Below, piece after piece: positions 1 through 11,733 of a stretch of 64,000 nt of DNA (position 1 is its first letter; each line of letters starts with the position of its first letter). The notes beneath the pieces were generated by a model. That model was not told the origin of the DNA. It was given only the letters and a program-made list of their open reading frames with translations, and searched no databases. A program made the position numbers and the translations under genes. The stretch is from Calditrichia bacterium (GTDB lineage: Bacteria > Calditrichota > Calditrichia > JAJRVZ01): positions 160,001 to 224,000 of the forward strand of contig CAWCNS010000005.1 of the NCBI GenBank assembly GCA_963796965.1, in the 5' to 3' direction.

Positions 1-1
1 A

Positions 2-880
2 GCTGTTATATCTGAAACCGATCCGGAAGTAGTTATTATTGATTCTATTCAGACTATCAGCAGTGATGAAATTGATTCTCTCCCAGGAAATGTAAGCCAA
101 TTACGGAATTGCACTGCTGCATTATTGAGGCAAGCTAAGGAATCAGGTGTACCGGTTTTTCTGATAGGTCATGTTACAAAGGAGGGTAGCATTGCCGGAC
201 CTCGTGTGCTGGAACATATGGTTGATACTGTACTATATTTTGAAGGTGACCGGGAGTATGATTTTCGGATTCTTCGAAGTACTAAGAATCGATTCGGTCC
301 TGTAAATGAGATTGGTCTTTTCCAGATGACTGGTGATGGTTTGCAGGGAATTTCTAATCCGTCGCAGGTTTTTCTGAGCAAACAGGATGAACAAACTTCG
401 GGCAATGCCGTTGTTGCGGTCATGGAAGGAAATCGACCTTTATTGGTACAGGTACAGGCATTGGTTACAAAAACACAGTTTGGGATGCCACAGAGAACAG
501 CAAGTGGTATCGATCATCGCCGGATGAATCTCCTGCTAGCCGTTTTAGAAAAACGTTACAAAAAACCTTTTGGTTTTCATGATGTGTTTATTAAGGTTGC
601 CGGTGGGCTGAGAATCGATGAGCCTGCTGCAGACCTGGGGATCTGTATGGCCCTTATTTCCAGTCTGGAAGAAATAGTTCTGCCAGCTACGAATATCTAT
701 GTTGGGGAAGTAGGCTTAGGTGGGGAGGTTAGAGGTGTAAGCAGGATTGACGATAGAATTAACGAAGCGATCAAACTTGGCTTTCAAAAAGTATTTCTTC
801 CCAAAAGAGCAAAATATAGTAAGGAATTTGATCCAAAACTTCTGATCGCTGTGGACAATTTGAATAAAATTATTCGATAA
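2..880 (+). CDS. radA: DNA repair protein RadA/Sms (5' truncated by window edge)
   Basis: Frame is open from position 2 (VIIDSIQT Walker B). Also GHVTKEGSIAGPRVLEHMVD, the KNRFG signature and a Lon-like C-terminal GEVGLGGEVR. Confidence 0.97.
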   Translation, partial: AVISETDPEVVIIDSIQTISSDEIDSLPGNVSQLRNCTAALLRQAKESGVPVFLIGHVTKEGSIAGPRVLEHMVDTVLYFEGDREYDFRILRSTKNRFGPVNEIGLFQMTGDGLQGISNPSQVFLSKQDEQTSGNAVVAVMEGNRPLLVQVQALVTKTQFGMPQRTASGIDHRRMNLLLAVLEKRYKKPFGFHDVFIKVAGGLRIDEPAADLGICMALISSLEEIVLPATNIYVGEVGLGGEVRGVSRIDDRINEAIKLGFQKVFLPKRAKYSKEFDPKLLIAVDNLNKIIR

Positions 881-905
881 ATAAAATTGGGATAGTTTTA
901 GATCA

Positions 906-932
906 GTAGTGGCCGTTCGCGAACGGCCACTA
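906..932. repeat. GTAG-type REP-like perfect palindrome, possibly the radA terminator
   Basis: tagtggccgttcgcgaacggccacta (907-932) is a perfect 26-bp palindrome. GTAG lies at 906-909. Confidence 0.7.
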
Positions 933-967
933 ATTTTCATGTCACGTAAATATAACGGCGCGATTAA

Positions 968-1136
968 GAGGCTGTGTAAATAAGCATATTAACCACGGAG
1001 ATACACGGAGTTTCACAGAGTTTGTATAAAATCTAAAATCATTTTTTACAATCATGCCCAATTCTCAACTCAAAGATAAAAGATCCGTGCAAGTCCGTGT
1101 GCATCCGTGGTGGATTTTTAAATTTTACACAGCCTC
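968..1136. mobile_element. MITE-like non-coding element with 13-bp terminal inverted repeats
   Basis: gaggctgtgtaaa (968-980) and tttacacagcctc (1124-1136) are perfect inverted repeats. A nested imperfect IR pairs accacggagatacacgga with tccgtgtgcatccgtggt. Confidence 0.55.
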
Positions 1137-1234
1137 ATGTCAAAATTGTACCCAATGGTTGTCTATTTGATAGTTTTTTCATGTAATATATGAAAAATGA
1201 AGACTAATCGTTTGTAAGGAGATGAAATAGTAAT

Positions 1235-1981
1235 ATGGGTTATATAAAGATTATTGTTATTTATGTGTTCTTAATAGTTACTTTAACGCACGCACAAAAC
1301 ATTGATCAGATAGTTGAAAATATCTACCAAACAAGTCTCGAACAAGAGGCAAAACTGGATAGTTTGGGTGATTATTCTCATTTACAAAAAGTGCATTTTA
1401 CAAAATTAGATGGTGATGGTGAGGTTGATGAACAATCAAAAAGAGAATTTAGGGTTAAAGTCCGTTCACACGGGCAACGCAATCGAGAACTCATTGCTGC
1501 GAATGATTTTGAAGATGGTTCATGGATTAATGTTTTGGAAGAAGAAAAAAGTAAAAAGATGAAGGCAAACACCCGCAGCCAGAAATTCAGTCTGACTGAA
1601 ATGGTAGGAACTGAGGAGAGAAAAAAGTATAATTTTAAACTGATAGGTGAAAGCGTCATAAAGGGTGATGATACTATACAAATTTATGCAGAACCTCTAG
1701 AAGAGGAAGAAGACATGTTTAAAGGTGATTTATGGTTTGATAAGTCCGATTATACATTAGTGAAGGCAAGATTAGTTCCATCTGAATTCCCAACAGGTGT
1801 TGAGGATATGATGATGGAGTTTTCTATGGAGAGATTCGGCCTTGTAAGGCTGCCTTCTAAAATATATTTTGAAGCAGAAATTTCATTTTTATTTATTTTT
1901 AATGGCAGAATTATGTCTGAGATTTTGTTTGAGGACTATCATTTTAATCAATCATTCCCGGATTCAATTTTTTTACAGTAG
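1235..1981 (+). CDS. Exported hypothetical protein (signal peptide; LolA/MucB-like outer-membrane-sorting fold possible)
   Basis: 248-aa ORF with an N-terminal signal peptide (LTHA-Q). The FKGDLWFDKSDYTLVK segment is typical of this class. Confidence 0.6.
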   Translation: MGYIKIIVIYVFLIVTLTHAQNIDQIVENIYQTSLEQEAKLDSLGDYSHLQKVHFTKLDGDGEVDEQSKREFRVKVRSHGQRNRELIAANDFEDGSWINVLEEEKSKKMKANTRSQKFSLTEMVGTEERKKYNFKLIGESVIKGDDTIQIYAEPLEEEEDMFKGDLWFDKSDYTLVKARLVPSEFPTGVEDMMMEFSMERFGLVRLPSKIYFEAEISFLFIFNGRIMSEILFEDYHFNQSFPDSIFLQ

Positions 1982-2019
1982 GATTTGATTCTTAGTTATT
2001 GTCTCCTGACAAATGTCAA

Positions 2020-4381
2020 TTAAAGGACTTGTTCAGATCTCCTTATAATCTCTTCCTGTAGATCTTCCCCCAGATCATTAAAATAATCACTATACCCCGC
2101 CACCCTAACGATCAGATCGCGATATTTCTCTGGATGTTTTTGTGCATCCCTCAATGTATCAGTTGTCACCACATTAAACTGGATATGATGACCGTCCATA
2201 CGGAAATAGTCCGCGAATTAATGAAACCAACTTGGAAATCCCTTTATCATCATCAAACATGGATGGGGATAATTTCTGATTGAGTAATGTGCCTCCGGTT
2301 TTGAGATGATCAAGTTTTGCAGCAGAATTGAGGACTGCCGTGGGACCTTGTGTATCTGCACCCTGGACTGGAGAGATCCCCTCCGAAAGAGGAATATGCG
2401 CTTTCCGCCCATCTGCAGTAGCACCTACTTTACTACCGAAATAGACATGAGAAGTAGTTGGTAATAAATTTATTCTAAATGTACCACCTTTAACGGTAGG
2501 GCGGCCGTTTACGGCATCATAAAAAATATTAAAAATCAAACGGGCATTCGCATCTGCATAGTCTTCATCATTTCCATATTTTGGCGTATGAAATAACAGA
2601 TCATTACGTAAGGCATCATGACCTTTGAAATTGGTTGCTAATATGTCCAATAATGATGATAAGGATATTTTTTTCTTATCAAAGACATTATACTGAATGG
2701 AGGTTATGATATCTGTGAGACTGCCAATCCCAACGCCCTGAATATAACTGGTATTATAGCGAGCACCTCCGCTATTATAGTCTTTTCCGTTGGAGATACA
2801 GTCATCGATTAGCAGGGATAGAAAGGGAACAGGCATTTGATCAGCAAAGAGGCTGTCAATGATATTATTGCCTTTGATTTTTATATCAATGAAATAATTA
2901 ACCTGCTTTTTAAACGCTTCAACCACTTCTTCATAGGTACTAAATTGTTTCGGATCTCCTGTTTCTGGCCCGATGAGATCGCCGGATTCCGGATCAATAC
3001 CATTGTTAAGGGTGATCTCAAATATCTTGACCAGATTAAAGTATCCTGTGAGAATATAACTCTCCGTGCCAAATGCCCCTGATTCCACACAGCCGCTCGC
3101 GCCACCATTTCGAGCGTCCTCTATGGATTTTCCCTGTCTGGTTAATTCCTGGATAATTGCATCCGTATTAAATATGCTGGGTTGTCCAAAACCGGTCTTT
3201 ATTATTTTTGCAGTTCTGCTTAAAAAACTATCTGGATTTTTTTTGCTAACCTGAACCATAGAACTGGGTTGCAGGAGGCGCATTTCTTCAATTACATCCA
3301 GGATGATAAATGAAAGATCATTGACAGCGTTGGATCCATCGGGTTTTAGTCCGCCTAAGTTTATGAGACAGAAGTCAGTATACGTGTTGCTTTCTTTGGC
3401 GGTGACGCCGATTTTAGGAGGCGAAGGATGGTTGTTAAATTTTATCCAAAATGATTGAAGGAGTTCAAGGGCTTTTTCTTTGGTAAGGACTCCTGATTCA
3501 ATATCCTTCTTATAAAAGGGGTAAAGATGCTGATCCAGACGACCTGGATTGAATGAGTCCCATGGGTTAAGTTCAGTTATAACTCCCAAATGCACGAACC
3601 AGTATGCTTGTAATGCTTCGTGGAATGTTTTTGGAGCATAGGCAGGTACATTCTCACAGATTGTTACCATCTGCTTTAATTCTTTTTTCCTCTGTGGATC
3701 TTTTTCAGTATTAGCGATACTCTCCAGCTTTTTTGCATGACGTTTGGCAAAAAGTATAATCGCATCAGAACTAATATCCATGGCCTTGAGCTCTTCTCTC
3801 TTATAATAGGCGTCAGGATCATTAAAATAATCAAGTTTATCGAGGCTGATCTTAATTTCTTCTTTTATCTTCAAAAATCCCTTTTTATATATTTTCCCTC
3901 CAAGAACGGTATGGCCGGGAGCTCGTTGCTCCTGAAATTCTGTGAAGACACCTGCCTTGTATGCCATTTTCCAATCATCGTCAAGAGAATTAAAGATTTT
4001 ATCCCGCTGTGTCTTTCCGGACCAGAAGGGGATTATTTCTTCCTTGTAAATCTTTCGGGTCTGATCATCAACTTTGAAAGATACCTTTGGTCGTTCGTCC
4101 AATATTTTCAGATCTTGTAACGAATGAAGGCAGATTTCAGGATAGGTGGGTGTTGCTTTAGGAGCTGGGCCGCGTTCACCAACGATGAGTTCCCCTTTGT
4201 TGATGCAGATAGATTTGTTTTCTATAATATATTTGAAGGCCAGGGCGCGTTTGACCGGTGTTGATACTTGCTGGGCTATATCACTTTTATAGAATTGGGT
4301 AATTAGAATTGCGCGCTCTACAGAAAGGCTGTTAATGGCTTCAAGACTCTGGTTTCTAAGGTTCCGTATACGGTTGTTCAT
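2020..4381 (-). CDS. hypD: Glycyl radical enzyme, trans-4-hydroxy-L-proline dehydratase (HypD/PflD) type; frameshift near 2210
   Basis: Motifs [37 protein letters not shown] and LPTTSH. The C-terminus continues in another frame as HIQFNVV...[12 protein letters not shown] to a stop at 2020. ATG at 4381 has a GGAGG RBS. Confidence 0.88.
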
Positions 4382-4382
4382 T

Positions 4383-5184
4383 CTATCCTCCGATCGAAAC
4401 ATTATGGCCAAATGCTACCAGAGTATTCTTTATTTCGTTCATTTTTGTCTCTGTTGGGGCTTCACTTTTACTCATCAGATATTCCTTGTCCAATTTCTCA
4501 TATTTATGACGGGCAATTTTGTGATAAGGTAAGATATCGATCTCCATTCCTCCCGGACTTAAATTTACACTAAAATCAGACTATTTCATTTATGTTTTTT
4601 ATACTATCTGTCATTTCCGGAATAACAGGGAGGCGCAGTCTTACCGATTTATTCATTTTTACCAGGGTAATTAAATTGTTTAATATGGTCATATTGGATA
4701 CTCCGGTAAACTTTTGATGCAGGTTGTCATCGATAAACTTGATATCGTATAGAAATAGATCCACATGATCTATAATTGAGTTAAATACATCTTCAGAGGC
4801 ATATCCGGTTGTGTCAAGTGTTGTGTGAATCCCATCCTGTCGACAAGCTATAAGCAATTCACGTAAAAAATTTTCCTGGAGCAACGGCTCACCACCCGAA
4901 AAGGTTACACCACCCCCGGATTCATCAAAATATACCCTGTCTTTCTTTATCTCGATCAGAACTTCCCGGACAGTCATCTTTTTACCAATCATTTCTATTT
5001 CTTCAATAACACAATCATCAAGTCGATTCTTCCGCACTGCCTGCTCAATCTCAGTCGTCTGGCTTTCAGGATTATGACACCACCAGCAGGAGGCCGCACA
5101 TCCTTTGAGAAATACAGTTGTTCTAATACCCGGACCATCGTGGATGGCATATCGTTTTATATCGAAAATGATACCGGTCGTCAT
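4383..5184 (-). CDS. Glycyl-radical enzyme activating enzyme (radical SAM); frameshifted near 3' end
   Basis: HDGPGIRTTVFLKGC, CxxxCxxC (CAASCWWCHNPES), GGVTFSGGEP. The true end is GHNVSIGG-stop, abutting the GRE start. Confidence 0.92.
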
Positions 5185-5251
5185 CTCTATCCTGTTTATA
5201 ACAAAATGTTGAGTAAAATACGAAATAAATGATTGAAAATCAGGTTTGGAA

Positions 5252-5347
5252 CTCGATACTCGATTCTGGATACTTCCAATTTTGGATTTCAGATTGCAGA
5301 TTTTGGAACTAATAATCGTAAATCCGAAATCTAAAATCCAAAATCGA
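5252..5347. repeat. Degenerate heptamer tandem arrays in inverted arrangement
   Basis: ctcgata/ctcgatt/ctggata, then ttttgga/tttcaga/ttgcaga/ttttgga, facing aatccga/aatctaa/aatccaa. Confidence 0.6.
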
Positions 5348-5413
5348 CTCATATTTGAATTCGCGCCTCCCGATGCCTAAATTAAGCCCTGTTTTTTATG
5401 GAGATAGGTTAAT

Positions 5414-6685
5414 TTGAAAGCCAGTCTATATACATTGGGATGCCGGCTTAATCAGGCTGAAACAGCGATAATTGCCAAATCACTTAAATCCAGAGGATTT
5501 GAGATTACGGAGTTTGGAAACAAAGCTGATTTGACTGTTATCAATACGTGTACGGTCACAGAGCAGGCGGATGCCAAATGCCGACAGGCCGTGCGAAAAG
5601 TCTTACGGAAAAGTCCGGAGACTTATGTCGCTGTGGTGGGATGCTATGCTCAGATGGCTGTTGATGTTATTAAAGAAATTCCTGGTGTGGATCTGATAGT
5701 CGGCAATGAACATAAACTTAACATTGCTGCCCACATCGATAGTCTTCAGAAACAAGAAATTCCTCTGATTATACACTCTCCAAAAATCAGCCGGGAAGAA
5801 TTTACTATTGAGAGTTATGGCCTGTATGATAATTCTACCCGGGCAAATTTAAAAATTCAGGATGGATGTAATTTTGTCTGCAGTTTTTGTATTATTCCTA
5901 CCGCCCGGGGGCCTGCCCGAAGTCGCAAAAGGGAAGATATTCTACGAGAAGCAGAGAAGTTAGTTGAACTTGGTCATCAGGAGCTCGTGTTAACGGGTGT
6001 AAATATTGGCACATATAATAGTGATGGTCATTCCATCCTATCTCTTTTAAATGATCTTGAGAAAATTAATTCTTTACAGCGAATACGGATATCATCAATT
6101 GAACCCACTACCATTCCGAAAAATGTAATACGATTAATGGCTGATTCAGAAAAAATTTGTAAGCATTTACATATCCCCTTACAAAGCGGGGATGACCGTA
6201 TACTTAAATTGATGCGCAGGAAACACAATATGAGTGAATTTACTCATTTTATAGAATTTGTAGAGAAGACAGTACCAGATGTCGGTATCGGAACAGATGT
6301 TATGGTGGGGTTCCCATCAGAAGATGACGCGGCATTCATAAACACAAAAAAAGTGTTAGCTGATCTTCCGGTTTCCTATTACCATGTATTTACCTATTCG
6401 GACAGAAAAGGAACAACTGCATATAAGATGGATGAGAAAGTCGCCCATGACATAAAAAAGAAGAGGACAAATATCCTTATCCAGCAAGGCGAAAGAAAAA
6501 AGCGCGCCTTTTTCGAACGCTTCTTAGGCCAAAGTTTTCCTGTATTATTTGAACAAAAAAACAAAGCAGGTTATTGGACAGGCTATACCTCAAATTATAT
6601 GCAGGTAGCAATGAAAAGTGATCAGGATCTGCATAATCAGATTATTGAGGTAAAAATTGACAAGATTCAAGAAAATCAGTTGATT

Positions 6686-6700
<15 letters not shown>
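5414..6700 (+). CDS. mtaB: tRNA t6A37 methylthiotransferase MtaB
   Basis: TLGCRLNQAET, INTCTVT, LKIQDGCNFVCSFCIIP, HVFTYSDRKGT and a C-terminal TRAM-like region with GYTSNY. Confidence 0.92.
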
Positions 6701-6912
<212 letters not shown>

Positions 6913-6950
6913 TATCTTAAATCTTATTAAAAGGACAGAGATAAACAACA

Positions 6951-8262
6951 ATGAATAAAGTCTACATAGAAACCTACGGGTGCCAGATGAATGAGTATGA
7001 CACCGAGTTGGTAAAAACCATTCTAAAGAAGAATGATTTTGATTTTACAGATCAGCCTGAGGATGCCCAGATTATTTTTTTAAATACCTGTTCGGTTAGA
7101 GAGAATGCCCATGCGAAAGTGCATCAGCGTTTGAGTGTATTCCGTCAATTAAGAAAAAAGAACAAAGATTTGGTGATGGGTGTTCTTGGTTGTATGGCTC
7201 AAAATTTACGTAAGGAACTGTTAGAAAAGAATATCGGAGTTGATATTGTGGCAGGACCGGATAACTATAAGAAATTACCGGAAATGCTTCATAGGGTTCA
7301 CGAAACAGGTGATAAAGAATATTCTTTAACATTATCGGAATTTGAAACCTATAGTGATGTCTTCCCAACAAGGGAAAGTGGCGTAAATGCCTGGGTTGCT
7401 GTAATGCGCGGATGTGATAATTTCTGTACGTTTTGTGTGGTACCCTATACAAGGGGGAGAGAGCGTAGCCGCGATCCTCACAATATTATTGAAGAAATAC
7501 AGAAATTGGCCGGGGAGGGATTTAGTCAGGTCACATTGCTGGGCCAGAATGTTAATTCGTATAAATATGACAATTACGATTTTGCGGATCTTGTGGCCAT
7601 GACATGCGACATACCAGAAATACGACGTGTTCGATTTACCTCACCCCATCCAAAGGATTTTCCGATAAAACTGCTTGAAGTCATTGCAGCTAATGATAAA
7701 GCTTGTAAACATATCCATTTACCACTACAATCGGGCAATGATCGGATTCTGGAAATGATGAACCGGACCTATACCAAAAAAGAATATCTGGATCTTGTCG
7801 ATGTTATCCGGAATAAGATACCAGATATTGCTTTATCTACGGATGTTATTGTTGGATTTCCCGACAGAGACAGAGGAAGAATACGAAGATACATTGGACG
7901 TGATGAGAAGTGTGGGTTTTGATTCTGCATTTATGTTTAGTTATTCAGAAAGGAAGCAGACGATTGCAGAAAGAAAATATCCGGATGATATTTCAGATGA
8001 AATAAAATCGCAACGTTTAACGAATCTCGTCGAAGTTCAGCGAAAGATTAATTATGAAAAAAATCAGGAACATCTGGGAGAGAGTTTTGAAGTATTAGTG
8101 GAGGGTAGGGCAAAAAAGCCGGATCAGCTAATGGGACGGAATGATGGGAATAAGATTGTGGTTTTTCCGGATGCAGGGCAAAAGGCGGGGGAATTTGTTG
8201 AAGTGGAGATTGAGGAGGTCACGCCGAATACATTGATAGGAAAGATTTGCAACAATATGTGA
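6951..8262 (+). CDS. miaB: tRNA i6A37 methylthiotransferase MiaB; frameshift near 7860
   Basis: ETYGCQMNEYD, NTCSVRENA, RGCDNFCTFCVVPYTRGRERSR, LLGQNVNSY, RFTSPHPKD. The TRAM domain lies in the second frame (7795-8262 ORF). Confidence 0.95.
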
Positions 8263-8665
8263 GTTTTGTATTACATTTGTGGAAATGCTAACTTCTGTAG
8301 TTAAGATCATGCCAATTAACTACTTATCAAACTCATTTAAGTCAAAATGATGAATTTAGGCTTTATTAAAATAGGTAGGTATTTGTCAATGCGAGTCTGA
8401 ATTATTACAATTGTATTGCTATCTTACTAATTTAAAATCATCAAACCAACTCTCTCCTTCACCTTTACCAACAAATCTGAATCTTATATAAAGAACATTC
8501 TCAGGAACACTAAATTTTTTTTGAACCATGATCCATTCATTAAATTTTTCCAATTCTTTCTTTTATAGAATCCCATTCAAGAATTTCTTTGAACTTATTA
8601 TAAGTAATTATATTGATCCCTACTTTGTGATATACCAATTATTAGTAGATTCGTATATAGCATAT

Positions 8666-10286
8666 TTAAAAATACTTAAATCCTCTGATTATACCGTCAA
8701 TCACAGTTAGCTCATCTTTCTGGTTCATAGTATGTATAGCCTTTAAATTTTTGTCCCAATTCGGTTCAATTGATTTAACCTCAATCTCTTGGTATTCCTT
8801 TTCGTTTAATTTTATAATCTGGTTGATCCTTATTCCATAACCATATGTCAAGGAACAGTCCTGTGAAGGTCTATAGAGGATTCCATTCCGGATAAAAATT
8901 TTTCCAGCCGGTCTTGCTCTGCGAACATCAGAAATTACAGGATTTAAAATGTGAGATTTCCAGTTATTGCTTATTGGACTCTCAGAATAGAAAATATATA
9001 ATTCATCCCAACTGGAGGTTCCCTCGTGATCTTTCAGATTTGCAAATAACCACCATTTTTCTTCATGAAAGAGAAGGGTTGAATCATACGCTTTAATATT
9101 TTGAATTAAATTATATTGATATTTCCAATCATATGGGAAATTGGTGCATTTATACAATCTAATTGCATTATTTTCAGATGATTCAGGTATCATATAGAAA
9201 TCGTCTTGCCAAGTGAAAATATAGGGATAAGATAAGTGGAACGGTTCTTCGATTATTTTTATAGGAGGTTTTACAATATTTCCTGATTCGTCTAAGGTGA
9301 TAAAGGAAATATGTCCTTTATTAGTCTGACGGAATACTTCTTCAAAAAAAAGATAATAATTATTGTTATGACTTATTAGAAATGGATCGGCCCAATAATG
9401 GGTTTTTGGAGGAAATATTTTTTTATAATTGTTAAAGGACTGATTTTTTTTTGTGCTAATTAATAATATCCACTGATCTAAATATATTTGTAATCTTATT
9501 TTCCTAAATATACGTTTAATGATATAAGTGATTAGCGATTTGAGTTTATTTGTGTTATATGAATTTTCTTTACTCTCACAACATTCCTCCTTTCTCTTTT
9601 CAATATTTTCAAAATATCCATCACTACCCATAAAATATAAATATTTCAGTTCTTTTATAATTGCGGATACACTCCTCCAATGGATCTGATTTATATTGGC
9701 ATAAACCGAAAATAGATTTGTAGACTGATACATTACTTACAAATTTGTATACTTTTTCATTATTACGATGATAAATATGCAAACAAGAACAGGTAAGGGG
9801 TTTATAATTAATAACTTCCCAAAATCCCGATGAATAATTCTTAGGATTATCATTGTTTCCGTGGTCATAGGTCCATATACCATTTTTTGAGTGTATCGAT
9901 ACACCGTTCTGAATTTTATTTTTTCCCAATTGAAGGAATACATCAATGTTATATTTTTTTATTTCGGCTGTAATATCACTATTAATCTGATCATTTATTT
10001 CTAAAATCAATTGCGGTATATCTGCAATTAGAGAGATTGAATTCTCTAATTTTAACGCATTGTGTTTATAATCCGAAAAGACCCTGTCTAAGGCAGTTAA
10101 AACATTGTAAAAATGTCTTTTATATCCCGAAGACATTTTGTTTTTTGAATATTTATTTTTAGTACTTTCATTATTGAGGATTATTAATTTAATTTCAAAA
10201 AATTCGATCGTGTTTATTTTCTTTATTAATTCAATTATCCAGGCAGGAAGTATAACCGAATCTATCAATAGACCAATTTTGAGCAA
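8666..10286 (-). CDS. Glucosamine-inositolphosphorylceramide-transferase (GINT1)-like protein with five-bladed beta-propeller; frameshift near 9730
   Basis: YWADPF, HLSYPYIF, YMIPES, RPAGKIF and RPSQDCS...YG motifs. The N-terminal part has a formyltransferase-like GIWTYDHG. Confidence 0.75.
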
Positions 10287-10376
10287 TAAGAGATCCCTTC
10301 TATCTAACTAATTAAGCCTTTGCCTCCATGAGTCGGAGATCATAAACTTATATTATCATAAATTATTTCTATATAA

Positions 10377-10535
10377 TTAAAATAGCGCGTAAATAAATGG
10401 TGCTAAAGCGCTACCCTCAGTAGCAACAATAAGAGCTCCCAGCAATAAAAGAAAGAAAATAATTGGTGTTAAAATCCATTTTTTTCTACTTTTTAAAAAA
10501 TACATAAACTCCTTAATGATTGTAATTTTTGACAT
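10377..10535 (-). CDS. DUF5989 / SxtK-like small membrane protein (52 aa, not in ORF track)
   Basis: Manual translation: MSKITIIKEFMYFLKSRKKWILTPIIFFLLLLGALIVATEGSALAPFIYALF. The APFIYALF end is typical, and the RBS is GAGGAG. Confidence 0.88.
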   Translation of the reverse strand: MSKITIIKEFMYFLKSRKKWILTPIIFFLLLLGALIVATEGSALAPFIYALF

Positions 10536-10536
10536 T

Positions 10537-11733
10537 TTATTTCTCCTCTATAAAATTGAGCCTGGGGCTATAATTATTTTTAAACCATTTTATAAACGCA
10601 TCCCCAAAAGCAATATGTCCATATTTTGTAAAGTGATCATAATAAATTTCATTACCCCGCCCAAACATATCAAGTAATTCCTGGGTTGGATCAATAAATA
10701 TAATATCTTGCTCAGCACAAAAAGATTCTAACCATGATTTCCATGTGTCCTGATCAGAGGAATCTTTACTAATTTCTTTCTCCCTTGGTACGTAAGTGAT
10801 TGCAAATACTTTGTTGCGTTTGATAATACTATCCCGCCAGGTTCTAATGACAACAGATTCCACATTGAGTGCATGGTTTTTTAGGGAATCAGGCCATAAT
10901 GAGGGTAGATCGTTTTGATTTGGAATTTTATTTATTAATGAAGAATTTTTAGACCCTGACATCATTCTGGCACTTTCTTCCATTTCAGTTTTTATGCCAT
11001 ATTTAAAAAGTAGTTTTAATCTTCCAATGATTGTGGCAGCAAGTAAAGAATGTGATGTCATATAGTCAACGAGTTTAAAATGGAAACTCTCCTTACTCTT
11101 TCCTATATGATAAAAAGTGGTATCAATAATAAAACCATCCTGAATTAGGAGTGGATAAGGAATTCCATCCTCTCCCTTTATACTTTTTATCTGATCACCA
11201 ATGTCATTTTCACAGAAAACATAAATAATCATATCAAGATTAAAAAAATCTACCCACCGTTCTGAATTTAAATAAGATTGGAAGGTACTGAAACCATTAA
11301 TTCCAAAAGCCAGACATTCAACATTATAATTTTGATCAGTATTTAAGTTATTTTCAATTAATCTAAAAAAAGTCTGTTCGATTGGTACTTGACTTGCTTG
11401 TGTATAGGAATCACCAAAGAATCCAATCCTATAGGTATGCTTAGTTTTTTCTTTTCTATGTTTGATGTCGAGATAACCCCACTGATTTATCCCTCTTTCT
11501 GCAAAATCTCCTCTATCATTCCGATAAATATTAGTTGAGTGAGGATACAGACCTCCTCCCACCAGTGGATCATATTTGGATACATTGAATTGTACGCCGG
11601 GAATAGAGAATACACGTAATATAGTTTCTCCCAAAATAGAAAAAATAAGCAAACTAAATAAAAGCGTTAAAAATAAGAAAAATCCTTTTTTTAATGCTGA
11701 TAACTTATTTTCTCCTTTAAAATTGTTCCTCAT
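10537..11733 (-). CDS. SGNH/GDSL hydrolase-family protein, membrane anchored
   Basis: N-terminal TM, GFFGDSYT (catalytic Ser), CENDI and YDHFTKYGH. Confidence 0.8.
   Translation of the reverse strand: MRNNFKGENKLSALKKGFFLFLTLLFSLLIFSILGETILRVFSIPGVQFNVSKYDPLVGGGLYPHSTNIYRNDRGDFAERGINQWGYLDIKHRKEKTKHTYRIGFFGDSYTQASQVPIEQTFFRLIENNLNTDQNYNVECLAFGINGFSTFQSYLNSERWVDFFNLDMIIYVFCENDIGDQIKSIKGEDGIPYPLLIQDGFIIDTTFYHIGKSKESFHFKLVDYMTSHSLLAATIIGRLKLLFKYGIKTEMEESARMMSGSKNSSLINKIPNQNDLPSLWPDSLKNHALNVESVVIRTWRDSIIKRNKVFAITYVPREKEISKDSSDQDTWKSWLESFCAEQDIIFIDPTQELLDMFGRGNEIYYDHFTKYGHIAFGDAFIKWFKNNYSPRLNFIEEK

Noticed and set aside
2020..4381. Pyruvate formate-lyase
   Set aside because: It has a single-Cys SGCVE loop, not the adjacent Cys-Cys of PFL.
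5185..5352. N-terminal extension of the activase ORF (MSRFWILDFGF...)
   Set aside because: It derives from heptamer repeats; the likely start is ATG 5184, which has an RBS.
7850..7870. Programmed ribosomal frameshift in miaB (and other split genes)
   Set aside because: No consistent slippery motif is seen across sites, and the window-wide indel density is better explained by assembly error.
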